Shown here piece by piece: positions 27,665 through 40,740 of a stretch of 64,000 bases of DNA; position 1 is the stretch's first letter; every line of letters starts with the position of its first letter. This stretch comes from Sphagnum compactum (Eukaryota). Below the pieces are notes generated by a model, which was not told the origin of the DNA, did no database searches, and saw only the letters and a list, made by a program, of their open reading frames with translations. A program made the translations under genes and the position numbers. The stretch lies in contig OZ234494.1 in assembly GCA_965153455.1 (NCBI GenBank), forward strand, positions 9,548,001 to 9,612,000. Reading direction: 5' to 3'.

Positions 27665-28200
27665 ATGGCTCAGAAGGACAAATAATGGATGAAGGTTGGG
27701 TCAAAATGGAAATGTAAAGTTGGCACTTGCATTGTCACATTTTTTACCAAATGGTTGTTGATCAAACATTTGAAGGAGGTGCATGGCTTAGTGGTAGAAA
27801 AGGCCAAACCTAAGAAACCTTCAACTTCTAAAAGAGGTCCTTGACATCAAGACCATGCTAAAATGAACGTTTACATCTTGGGAAATGCCATGGCCGTATA
27901 GAGGCGGAATGATCAAAAGGTTGTTAGTCGCGTTTGTGCCAAAGCCCAACATGAGTGGGATAAGTTAGTAATTGTTGTAGAACAATGTCCACCATTACCA
28001 AAACCAACTTTGGGTCAAATTAGTTTCAAAACGACTATTGTAGGTGTTGGGTCTTAATGCTTAGGGCATGGGAAGCGTGCCTTGAAATGTAACATCGCGG
28101 ATGGAGAAAAATGAAAATTTACAAGAGATGATCCGATCCACCTGTTCTACATAAGCAATTGAAAATGGCATGGGATGTCAAAAATTAGGAATGAAAATTC
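27665..28200 (+). pseudogene. Degenerate ORF with a C2H2 zinc finger (probably TE-borne)
   Basis: WKCKVGTCIVTFFTKWLLIKHLKEVH = C-x4-C-x12-H-x4-H, with several in-frame stops. Confidence 0.6.
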
Positions 28201-29179
28201 ACTAAAGTGAATCAACACAAGAATTGATAGATGTATTGGATTTCCATGAATCTACAATGATTCATGGAGGGTAAGAAAAAATAATAATCAATGTTTATTT
28301 GTTTTTTATAATTTTGTTTCATCCAAGGTGTGTTAAGGTTTAATTTGGTGGTTTTTGGTGTTTTTAGGATTTAAAGCACAACAAAGGAAGAGTTTGTTAC
28401 AAATGTAGTTCATGTTGAGATGTAATGCCGCCATCTGTACATTATTCGTCATGTAGCAAAGGTTGCAAATGCGGTAACTGTTTACTGAACTAAAATGGCA
28501 TTATAAATAATGATATGGTTTAAAGTTTCCATTTTATATAGTTAGCTAGGTTTTTTCAACCCCTTCATTTTTTGGACTACCCATTTTTTGAACTTTGGTC
28601 CTTTTATATATTATAAAAAACCCTTTCTTCATTGGGTTTTTTAGCATTTTTTGATCCACCCATTTTTGTACATCTTTTATTAGGAATCACATCACCTAAA
28701 GATTTTTAAAGAAATACCCACATTCTAATTAACTTATTGGCATTGTCATGAAACCAAACATGCAATACCTACATCCTTTCTATTTTAATTTCCATAATGT
28801 CATTTCAAATCTACAATACCCACATATAGGTCTCCATTGCAATATTTATGGGACTCATATGACATAATAATCTAGTCTAAGTATCAACAAATAATGTCAT
28901 AATTAAGGAATTACTAAAAAATATTTTAGATAATGTAAATGATTGATTATCATAGTTAGACAATCATTTATTTCTTAATATTAATTAATTGATTATTGGT
29001 TGAACCTTAAGTATTTAGATAATTAAAATTTAGATCTAAAAATTAAATTGATAAATTGATATTTAATTTATTATTTTAATTAGATTTTTTTATGTTGATA
29101 AGTTATTCAAATCATTATTTTAGATAATTATTCATGAGAATTAATTGTCATAAAATTAATTTAGGTATATAAATAAACA

Positions 29180-29520
29180 TATTGTGGGTACCCAAACCAC
29201 TTATTGGTTATTTTGAAATGACTTTACATGTGGGTATTGCATTTAAGGTTGTGTCTTCACCTAAAGTTGTTTAAATCACCTATGGATTATTTCAAAATGA
29301 ACTTGCATGTAGGTATTGCATTTAGGCCTTGGTCTTCATTCAAAGGCACCTAAACTACATATTGGGTATTTCAAAGCGACCCTACATGTGGGTATTGCAT
29401 TTAAGGTTGGGTCTTCATTTAAGGTTACCTAAATCACCTATGGGTTATTTCAAAACAAACTTGAATATGGCTATTGCATTTAAGGCTAGGTATTCATATA
29501 GTTTTGTAATACCCACACAC
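29180..29520. repeat. ~79-bp tandem repeat, about 4 copies
   Basis: catgtgggtattgcatttaagg variants at ~29227, ~29307, ~29385 and ~29465. Confidence 0.8.
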
Positions 29521-30867
29521 AAACTTACTTTCACCAACTAATTTTGACCTTAATTTTAAAAAATAATTAAATAAAATTTATAACAAAACACAAAGGAAAG
29601 TATGTCTTTTACCATTTGGTAATATGTCCAAGCTTATTTTTTTCATTTAAAATAAAATAAAAATAAAATGACATTGCATTGTTTTGCATATGTTTAAACC
29701 CTAAACCTAAATCATAATCCAATAGTATATATTTGTAATAATTATATGAAAAAATATTTTTTCTTTTTAATAATTTTTTTAATTCAAATGTTATATGTTA
29801 TAATATAAAAAAGAATAAACATTAAACTGTCATAAATGTTCACTAGGCTTATGTGGCCTAGGCTACTAACTTAAATGATCTAGGCTAAGCTACTAGGTAG
29901 TTAGTTAGGTTACTTGACAAATAACCTACTAACCTATTACTTATGCTAAGCTAGGTTGTTTAAGTTAGTTAGTGTTGACACTTTAGTTAATTTGACAACC
30001 TTGGTGATGAACTTCTATTGTAGCTGGTAATTTGTTCAAGCTGTAGATTCTTGGTTACTTTCTTTTGATTACTGTTGTGTTTCTTGGATGTTAGAATCAT
30101 GTACAACTTCTCAAAGTGTCAAAAGCACTGCATAACAACTTGGCCTTCACAAAGCTTCCAAATCTGCACAAATTATGGCATGGCTTTCAGCATTTCATGC
30201 TGACTTTTAGCATTTCATATTGAGATTTAATCAAATTTCTTTACTTTGAGGATACCACTCAAAGAAGGGATAGGGGGCGAAATAGAGGGTGACTTTACAT
30301 ATAACTTTACTAGTTGAGAAAGAAATCATAGTAAGGTCATGTGCCATTCAAAACTTTTGGGAACTGGGTAATGAAAAAGAAATGAACAAGCATATAACTT
30401 ATAGGACCATGCTCTATGAATTAGTCTTGTCCACCATTGAAAGGATTGAAGTAAGTAGCTCTAAATTCTAATAGAAATGCTTTAAAAATCAACAATTATT
30501 GCTAGGGAAAAATTCATGTCGTTATCCTTTCAAAAATGTTACTAATTTCATATAAGGAGGTATCCTTTGCCATTAAAAAAGGAAAATGTATTTGGTTTGT
30601 GTCTTATATTTCACTATGTTTGCTACCACCTTGTCATCAACCCAATAAAATGCAAGATTGGCATATATTGTTGTAATTTTTATCGAATGAAAACTAACCT
30701 TGCATTTTGAGAAACATTGCAAACTTGGTGTGATGAATACGAATGGACATGAAAGGTTCTTGTATATTATGTTACATGTAGATGTTATGTGTACAAAAAG
30801 TTGTACAACCACTTCCTATCAATAGAAAATGATCTCGGTGTAAATAATAATTTATAAATAATAAATA

Positions 30868-32249
30868 ACTTGGGCTCCACATTGTTATGCACTACCAATG
30901 ACAATGAAATGATGAAAAAATGGAAAGTCAATTCCATCTAAATGAAAATATTGAAGGATGTTGCATGCAACTTGAATTTAATTAGTTTCAATCCAAATTC
31001 AATTGAGTTCATATGCAATTGAACTTGAATTAGATTCAAATCCAATCGAATTGATTTCAAATCCAATTAAAAAGAAATGAAATGGAAATTGGAGTAAGAA
31101 GGTATTGGAATTTGCTTATCATTTGTGACTATGGTGTTGGAAAAAAACAACTATGACAAAACAAAAATTTGAAAAAACATCTTTTGATTCCATTGAGAGT
31201 TGATTCCAAACCAAATTTTATTTGGGTGGGACAAAACTTATTCACCTTAAAGTTGCACCCCTATACCAACTTCAATGCTTCCATCATCACTAGTGAAAAT
31301 TTGAGAAACAAAAAAACTCCAATGGGCTAATTTTAAATTCTTGAATTTGTGCACATACAATGTTTTTTAAAAACCTTTAAAAGACCCATTATCAAATGAA
31401 TAATTTGGCAAATGTACCAAGTTTATCACTTTGAATGTAAAAAATGGAAATTCTTTGGATTTATTAGGAGTTTATGGTTTGAAGTGGTTCAATATGTATG
31501 TAATTCAAAACAATATTGTTTCAATACTTTAAAAAGAAAATGAAAAGACATAATAACATGTGTTTCTTCATGGACTACCTTGCTCCTTTCATAATAACTA
31601 TATCATTCTTTCCCCATAGCCACATGACATGAAAAAATAGATCAACATGTCCATGTTATATAGTAAAATTTTAATGACAATGATAATCAAAATTGGTTTA
31701 GATGACAAAGGTATAATGTCCATTAGTGGTTATCACCATGATAATTATGGATGTTGTCCACTTGACAATTATGAAAACATTTCACAATTACCGAACTGCC
31801 TCACTCCTTTCACCAACCCACCTACATGGAATGAAAAGGCAAATTAACATGTGCCTTTTCATAATTGAATTTCATAATTTGATTGAATTCAACCCAACAA
31901 AATTATTAAAAAGAATTCAATTGAATTGAATTTGGATTGAATTGCATTGAATTGAATTTGATTAAATCTAATCAAATTTAGTTTAATTGAAATTTCAATG
32001 AAAACATTAACCCATGTTGAATCCAAAGGAGAAGAATATTGTGTTTAGTTCAATTGACTTCAATTTATGAATTTCATCAACATATTCGAATTCAATTCAA
32101 ATTCAATTGAGTTGCATTGAATTCAAGTTGCATTATGCAAATTCATTCAATATGAAATCGTTGAAATGAAACTTAATTTTTACGAAACCAACTCATCTTT
32201 TTCATCAATTCATGGTCACTAGTAGTCCACAACAATGTGGAGCCCAAAT
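30868..32249. mobile_element. Non-autonomous DNA transposon/MITE with long imperfect TIRs
   Basis: ttgggctccacattgttatgcactac... versus ...gtagtccacaacaatgtggagcccaa; inverted similarity continues inward through aattg/caatt-rich repeats. TSD not resolved. Confidence 0.75.
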
Positions 32250-34801
32250 TCAAATTGAAATTGGAATAATTAATGATGAACTTTTACTAAGGATCACTAA
32301 ATTTGGGAACATTTGCTAAGTTGATGTCCCATCTTGGAATGACTTTTCAAAACTCTAGCTTAGCAACAACCATAGTGGTTTCAAGTCTCAAAAACTTTGG
32401 AAATGTTAGATGGGTTGAATCTTCATTAATTCTAAAAAAGTCTTAAGTGGAAGGGGGAAATGTATTCTATTAATTTGACAAGAAAATAAATTAAAAGGGG
32501 GAAAAAATTGTCCATCCTGAAGTCATGTGGGAAGGTGATAATAAAAGATTGTTAGATGCCATTTCTCACTAAATATTAATGAATTTGATGTTTAGAATGA
32601 ATTTATTAAATTTCACTAATTTCATAAACATAACATTAATAAAAATAATGTAAACTTGTCAACTTTGATAAAATGTTTTGATGAATATATTTATCAAACT
32701 TGACAAGTCTACATGTATTTTTATCAAAGACTTGTGAACTTTAATTATAATTTAAAAATCCATGTTTCAAAACATAAATAATGTATTATTTCATAGGCCA
32801 TTAAGCCTAAAATTAAGGTTGTTGAATGAAAAGGTGAAACACAAATGCACTTGAATGTGAATCATGCACTTTTAAATAACAACATGCATAAAGAAATTTT
32901 AAAGTTTTCAAGATATGGTGTGATACATATATAGTGATAATAGGTTGAAAGAAATGTGATTTTCTGATTAATATGCAATTGATTTAACCAAGATATTAAA
33001 ATTTTGAGTAAAGTACAATTTGAAATCAAGAGCCAAACTTTTTTAACACATTTCAAGTACATAAAAAATGGGAAAAAATTATAGTCAAGAAAATTAAAAA
33101 TTGTTGTGATCAACATTTATGGTTTTTGCCTTTTTAAATTTGCACCCAATTTGCAAACATTGGTGTATTGACCACAAACTAAACATTTAAAAATCCTTTT
33201 CCCCCTTTATTGTTGATTTTTTTCTTTCATTTTTCCTTCTCATAAAGTTTGTATGACAACAAGTCATTCATGTTCCCATGGATTTAATTCAACTAATGAC
33301 ACATTGAAAGAAAATTGTATCCCTTACAAGATATTCATGGGATGTAGAATGCACCCATGATTTAATAAATTCCAAATATTTTCAAGATTTTTCAAATACG
33401 TTTGATTAATGTAATACAATGATAGTTTCAAACATGTTTGTACAACAATTAATGAAATTTGAAAATTTCATGTCAAAAAAAATTATTCTTGAATATTCCA
33501 AAAAAGAATTTATTTTCCTTCAATTTTTTAAGAAGTAAAATTGAACATTACATTTTTTTTACAAATAATATAATTAGTGTCAAAGATGCCAATGTATGAT
33601 GGTCATAACAAAGTGTAAATATAAAAATTACATCCATGTATAATAAATAATGCAATAAATAAGATGGATTATTTTGTTCTAGTAGGTCATGTTTGCATAA
33701 AAGGACAAGGATCACCAAATGAGTTTAAAAGGACATAAAAATCATTCAATCTCATCAAGTCATGCTTGTTTTATGCAATATTTTCATTTTTATGTTTTTC
33801 TACAATGTCAATAACGATTTTAATGGTCCATAAGTTGCAAGGATGTTTGAAATTCATATAATAAGAAACCATTAATTCTTATATTGTAAGTTTATTAAAA
33901 TTTATCATCAAGCAATGACATAATTTGTAATTAATGCACTGTTGGTGATTTGCCCATGTAATTAATGATGGTCCAAATTGAAATTTTAATTAACGAATCT
34001 TCAAATTTTGTTTTGAAACGATCACAAACTTAATCAATCATGAATACATAAAAGGATAATTTTTATTCAATACAAGATGCATGCAAATTTTTTTTCAATA
34101 TATTTATGACAAGAAAATTTGGATTGTCAAACATGCCATTATTCCAATAGATTTTTAGTTACCATTGATTTTGTCACAAGACATGCACAAAGTTATTTTA
34201 GTTCATTTATTCATATTATATAATATGTATGTAATCCTTTATTCAATTTTGTTGAAGATTGATATTATGAGATAACAAAATGTTGAATGTACCTCTTCAA
34301 GGGTGCAATTTTGGAAACAAGTACCAAAGTAATTAAAACCATTGTTTAATTTTGTGTATTTAAGATTTAAAAAAAATACAAATCAAATTGTTTTTATGCA
34401 ATGTTATTTTTAATATATTGATACACCTATTTTTAAAAATTGAATCAATCGAATGAATAAAAAAAACCTGTAACCATTGATTTTACAATGTAAAAAGATT
34501 CATACCTAGCTTTTCGGGAAAAAAATTAATATAAAATTTAACATAATAGTATAAAGAAAGCTTTAAAAGTTTATAAATATTTTAAAAAATATTTAAAGAA
34601 AAGATGTCAAGCATGTTCTTGAAAATAAACAATGGTTTAAGGGGGTGGGCATGGTTCATGATTGAGTCAAGTTTGCATCCTTAATCATTATTTGATCATT
34701 TTTCTTTTGTGCTGCATCTTCAAGAAATTTATCTTTTGCATCATCTTGTTTAAATACTTTGACAAATATGTGGGTTTTAAATGTTTAATTTTTTTTCCCT
34801 C

Positions 34802-37800
34802 AACATATTCTTGATATTGTTGAAAAGCCCTCAATTGGTCAGATTTAGTTGAACTGATTTCATAATCTTTAGACCTAAGTTGTGGAAGATATTGAATTTT
34901 GAAGCAATTTTTGTCACAAGAAATTCTAGTGAATTTAACTTGAAAGGAGAAATTGCTTGGGTAACAAGTTCACTCTTGACATAGGGCACACTAGTTAGTC
35001 CTAAAGAAAAGACAGATATTAGGGAAATGATTTAAACCCAAGGCTTTACATTCAAAGAAATGATCTTTAACCACCATATACAACACCTTTTTATTTGAAA
35101 CATATGACATAGCCAAGCATAGTTAAAACATCTACCATGAATTGATTTCATCGACCCACCCATTTTCTGAGTACAAATGTAACATTTCTTGGGTTTAATT
35201 TGGCAACTTACCGGCTTACTCAAGAAGGTGACAAGTATCAGTGTGGGTGATAGTTCACCCTGGTCTCTTGTCAGCCAAGGAAGCCCCCCAATTTACAAAG
35301 CCATAGTTCTTGGAAAATTTTTAAAAATTCTGGGCACCTCATGTGTAATTAAACAGCTTGCCCGTCCAAAGCTTGAATAAATTCTTTTTGGTCATGGACC
35401 AATCAAAGATGCCTATCACAAATGGGAAAAAAAAAAACTTTGATGGTCCCCACAATTGATGTCCACCACATACAATACCTGGACAAATTTGATAATCCAT
35501 CGTTGAATATTTAATTCAATTTCAAAGTTTCAATTTGAGAATCAACACCCATTAATTAATTATTTGTCCATTTGACAAAGATTAAGATATTAATTAGCAA
35601 ATCAACAAAGGTAAGTTAGACTAGCGAAGGAATAATTAATCAGCAAATCAACAAAGGTTAGTTAGACTAGAGGAGGACCTTTCTCCTTGTTGTGCAAAAG
35701 CTGGCTGGCTTCTCAACAAGGAGGTTGGCAACATGTCTCCAATCTTGATGTTCTTGAAAGTGCATGGGCATCTTTGAGTGGACCCATTACGAATGTCACA
35801 CCCGAAATCTTTTAGACTTGTTAAATTTCAAAACAATATGGAATTCACTTAATGAAGGCTTTTCATTTTATTTTTCTAGGAGAAGTTTATTTAAGTCATT
35901 TAGAATTTGAAACTTTGATTATATATGTATTTTTCTAAAAATTAATGTGGACAATGAATGCACAAGAAAAAAGTTTCAAGAATGTAATCTAATTTTTTTT
36001 TCAATCAAAAACTTTAAAAGATTTTTTTCCCTTATTTTTTTAAATTATTTCAAATGCCCATTACTTGATTTATTTCATAGATAATTTATTGAAATAATTA
36101 CCATTTAGTTATGAATTTAAAAGTCAAGAACAAGAAGTCTTAAAGGACCATTGATGTCAAGAAAACAAATCTATTTTTGCCTTTTATTGTCTCAATAATA
36201 AATCGAGGTCATCCCCCTTGACATTTACTAGATAAACAATGAAAAACATATAATATGTAAGTGTAAATTCATTTAAAGAAATAGGATTAGGAATGATGAT
36301 GAAAATCAAAAATAAATAAATTGCCAATACATAGTACTGTTTACAACTTTACGTCCGTTTGGGACCAGAGAGCCCATTAGACGAAAGGTAGATCATGGAG
36401 GACAGATTGTCTTCTGGTACTAGCAACATGCCACAAACGTGGCCAGGGCGACCGTGTTCGTAGTCTGCATGAGCTCAGTAAGAGTGCTAGTGTGGGTGAG
36501 GGGTAGGGCCAAACAAAAGCGTTCCCTAACTTTCTGTGTATTTGGACAAACAAGAAACAAGTGTTCTTCATCTTCAACCTTCCCCAAATCGCAACCTCGA
36601 CAGAGCCTCTCTGCGTATGGCACGCCCTTCCACGCACCTAGCACTACCTCAAGCTGTGTGTTACCACATCGAAACCGAGCCAGAACTTTCCGTAGCTGAA
36701 CGCAGCTGATGTCACACAAGTAGCTTTCGCTCTTGTACAACATACCTTTGAAGCATAAGTATCTTGTCTGCACACTGGTCTCGATCTCGCGATTGGTAAA
36801 GAGATTTTCAATGTAAGCCAGCCGCATATTATCCTTCACCCTTTTACACTCAATATTGTGTGGGGAAAACCTGGAGGGGGTGGGGCCCCAGCCTCCTAGT
36901 TGATCAGGCCTCTTGTCGTAAATCTAGCACCAACCAACTGCACTAGTTGTAACGCAGCCAGCTGAGCCATCTGAACTCCCACCCATACGTTGTGCGCATT
37001 GCACCAAAGTACTTGGCTCTCCGCCCAGCCTCTCACCCCTACTAGACGGGTCGGGTGTATGTGCATTGTCGCAGGAGCCGTTCCCAATGGCGGTTGAGCA
37101 ATCCTCGCCTGGAGCACATGGGTCGTTGCAGGCTTAAGCGTCGTTTCCAACAAAGCTTAAGAATATCCGAATGCTTTCACACCCAATTTCAAGTGGATTG
37201 AAATTGAGTGCAAACGCACGTGAATATTCATATATAATTTGAATTGTAATAAACATGCCTAACTTGCATGGGTCCAAACCCTATGCTTGGAATTAAAAAC
37301 CCCAAGCTAGTAAATTGAAAACCACTTGCTATAAGGCTTTGAAATCATAGGCTCCAAGACAAAACACAAAATCTACCCCATATTGATGAAATCTGCCCCA
37401 AACTAATGAAACATTCCATGAAGCAAGGCATATATTGATAGGAGTATGACCTTATTAATATTATGTAATAATTAATTAATATGGATTATAAATAATTATT
37501 GTCACTAAGCATATACCATAGTACATGGGTGGCTTTAACATAAATTAAATCATCTTTTATTTTGACAAATTTTTAAAAATTGTTAGCCTTCGATGTTGAA
37601 GATTTCAAAAATTCAAATTTGAATGCAATTGAGAACAAACAATAACCAAATAAAGAGAAATGCACTAGTGATGTACCAGTTGATCACGAGGATAATAGGA
37701 CCATTGTTTATGCCATTCCATACCATCTTCATGACTGTAATCATGGATGGATGATCATAATCTTCAAAGATCGTGCAATCATGATCATTGATTTTTTGTA

Positions 37801-40330
37801 ATATTAAATTGAATAATAGTCATGTAAGATGCATCCAATGATTAAAATTTAATTTTATTAACAAGTTCGGACTTCCCATTTGTACGCCATGTAACCATGT
37901 TTGCCTATTGACGTCACACATAAAAAATATGGAGAGCCTCCTTAGAGCATTATTGGTACTTGATGAAGAAGTCTAGCCCCAAATTGTAGTAAGGAGTCTT
38001 CCCAAAAATTGAGAAAATATTATACCTATAGTACATCACAATAACAAATGGATTGGGTTGAAATAGGTGCATGTGATGTTACACTAGACGTTGCATATAT
38101 AGTCACCTTACATTTATTTCCCTTGCTCATTATGAACTCTAATCTTTATAAGGATTATAAGTGTGGGCTTGGAGGGTGGGTGAGGGACCCGAGCTATAGA
38201 GTGTCACAACCCGACCACTCATAAAGTCACAAAAATCTCATTAAGTTCTTTCCCGCAACAAGCATAACGAGTTGGCTTCCCATGCTTTGCCCAAGATGCG
38301 GTCTTTAATGACCGTGCTCACACGGTTATAGTACAACAACGTTTGTCCCCATGCAAAGTGTTCAAAGGGGAATTTGCCAAATTCTGCTAGCACGATGGAT
38401 GTGCTAGTTGTTTTTCGCACCCTAAGCAAGGACTTGAGGAACCTTCGGTACATTACTTCAATAGCCTCTATTTTCTTGGAATCCACCCAAACTTCATAGG
38501 CATAACTTGTTGTTGGAACGCACCAACGTGTTGAAAAGGTCACAGCATAACTGGACGTTCATAATACGTAGCTCCGCACAACGGCGATTCAATGTGAACA
38601 GCGAGTGCCTACTAGCAGCTGCTAGATGTTCCACTACACTATCCAGGTTCGGGGTGGTCTCGAACAGGATCACCAAGTATTTGAAGGTCAGCACATGCTC
38701 AATAGCATCACCTTCAAACACAAACTCTTGGCATAGGTCAGCAGAGTTGAACACCATGACTTTTGTTTTTTTCACGTTCACTGTAGGTCCACGTTCAGCA
38801 CAGAACTGGTGGAACGCGTCTAACTGGTGTTGCAATCCCACCTCTGACTCCGACGTCAAAGCAAGGTCATCTACAAAAAGCAACAACCATACGTGCACAT
38901 TTGCTAGGGTCGGTGCATCGCATTCTCTGTCGTCCAAGTGCCCCTCCAAGGCATCCAAATATAGCCCAAACAATAAGGGGCTAAGAGGGCAACCTTGCTT
39001 CACACATTATTGGCACCTGAAGTTGGAGGTGACACTTTCACTTGGGTGGTTGATGCATACGATATCCTTGGTATACATTGCCTGTAGGCATCATAAGAAG
39101 CGTACCTCCACCCTGAGGCTACCCAACACCTCCCACAACACTTCACGCGACACAGTATCAAACGTTTTTTTGAAGTTCACAAAGCAACAATATAGTGGCT
39201 TCTTTTTTTCCTTGCTCTGTTCTATCAGAGTTCACAGTATGAAGAGTTGGTCAGTAGTGCGGTAATCTTTGAGAAACCTAGCTTGACCCTTGGCACGCAA
39301 CCCATGTTGTTCAGCCCACTCGCTCAGCCTTTTGTCAAAGATTATAACGAACAACTTTGCTAGGATAGGCCCAACAGTTATCCCCCTGTAGTTGTCAAAT
39401 TTGGAGGCATCGCCCCCTTTAAAGAGCGTGTGGACCACCCCAGTGGAAAGGGCTTCTAGAATGCCTTCCGCCAGAAAGCAGTTGAACGTTGTCAATAGTG
39501 GCATGTGTAGCAGCTCTCCCCCATCCAAAATGAACTCAACTTTCATACCATCCAAACCAGCAGCCTTATTCCTTTGTAGTTTCTTCAGCGCCTGAAACAG
39601 TTCAGCAAGTGTGATATCTGTGTTTAGGGTGTGGCTAGGTGGAGGTTCTGTCACCTGGGCTGAATGATCAATTCGCAGCTGTATGGGTGGCGGAAACTGG
39701 CCAACTAGCCCACGAAAGCCTTCCAAAAGCGTAGCTGCACTAATTTTGTCCACAACGGATGCCCGTGGCCGGTACTTTTTCCAAAACAAGAGTGCATCCA
39801 CCTTGGCAAGTGTACACATATGTTGAGCTCTTGCAGTTTCCCAGAATTTTTTTTCTTTTTTAATAAATTTTTGAGTTTACTTGCCTGATGTTTAGCGGCA
39901 TGTGAATCGGGGTTGGCTTTCAGCTAGAACCTCAGCTCACGCTTCGCTATACGGCAGTCAGCATCAAACCAGGGTTTATGGCAATGTCGCGCTCTGCAGT
40001 TTCCTCCCGAAGGCTTGTTGCCAAAAATAAACTTTGCTATAGCACCCACGTACTGCTGTAGTAGGTCAGCTAACCCGTTTGCCCCCAAATGCCCGATTGA
40101 GTCAGCAACCCATAAGTTTCCAAGATTCATTGCTAAGGCAAGCTGATACTCTTCAGCTTTTGATTTATCATATTTGAACCTAGGTAAAAAAAAAATTGTT
40201 ACAACTGTATGTTGTGGCTCAACAAAGTTACAATCGATGCTCAACCGTAGGCGTAACGGCCTGTGGTCAGAGTTTCCCCCCATCACGCAATAGCGGGTGT
40301 CGTCTATTATCACCTCGAGTTGTGTAGCAG
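34802..40330. repeat. Right arm of large inverted duplication (partner 1-4509), interrupted by a 1.09-kb insert
   Basis: Reverse complement of 1-4509 except for 37152-38243. Confidence 0.95.
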
Positions 40331-40740
40331 CTTGCCAAATTGCAGGTGAGCCAACAATATAATCGACAGTGCTACGCCTCCCATTTGCCAAGTAAGTGAA
40401 CTCCCCTGATTCGTTGCCAGGTGTTTGGCCGTTTAGGATGAGAGCAACCCAGCGTCACAACATAGGTCCAAGAGCTCGCGGCCCCAGCCGCCAACACTGG
40501 CGTCGCGGTTCTGTCACTTAGCCACAGCACTTGGTTGCTCAGTCTCAGCGAGCTCAGGCACTTGTAACATTCACAAAGGTCTCTAGTGTCAATGGTATCT
40601 AGTAACGTTGCAATTCGCAGATTAAAATCCCCTCCCAATAATACTATGCCCCCTAGAGTTTGAACTTCAGCAATATCTGCTGCCAGGTTTTGGAACAAGG
40701 ATTCGCTCTCGTGTTTGGAGCCAACAGGGGCAACATACAC
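36345..40740 (-). mobile_element. Degenerate RTEX/RTE-like LINE, copy 2, 5'-truncated within the APE domain
   Basis: APE motifs VYVAP, LLGGDFN, STVDY, SDHRP; RT and CCHC finger as in copy 1. Confidence 0.92.
37152..38243. other. ~1.09-kb unrelated insert replacing ~82 bp of LINE copy 2
   Basis: Homology to copy 1 stops at position 2171 on one side and 2088 on the other; 2089-2170 is missing here. Confidence 0.85.

Larger units (their letters stand above)
25702..30292. mobile_element. Putative ~4.6-kb unclassified DNA element carrying a palindromic repeat array and a dead C2H2 zinc-finger ORF
   Basis: Left end gggggtgaaa...ctgagtttcatcccc and right end gcatttcatattgagatttaat...ggataccactcaaagaaggg..gggggcgaaa match the ends of 19704-20250. 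Boundaries are approximate. Confidence 0.45.

Noticed and set aside
36270-36345. LINE 3' flank reading FLILFL, like the FPxLFP expected after the DUF6570 truncation
   Set aside because: No TSD links the two LINE ends, the spacing is wrong and the sequence is low complexity; probably chance.
37157-38244. TTAA near both ends of the insert, suggesting piggyBac
   Set aside because: No terminal inverted repeats, the target has an 82-bp deletion, and TTAA is common in AT-rich DNA.
38507-39265. 252-aa plus-strand ORF
   Set aside because: Antisense shadow of the LINE RT.
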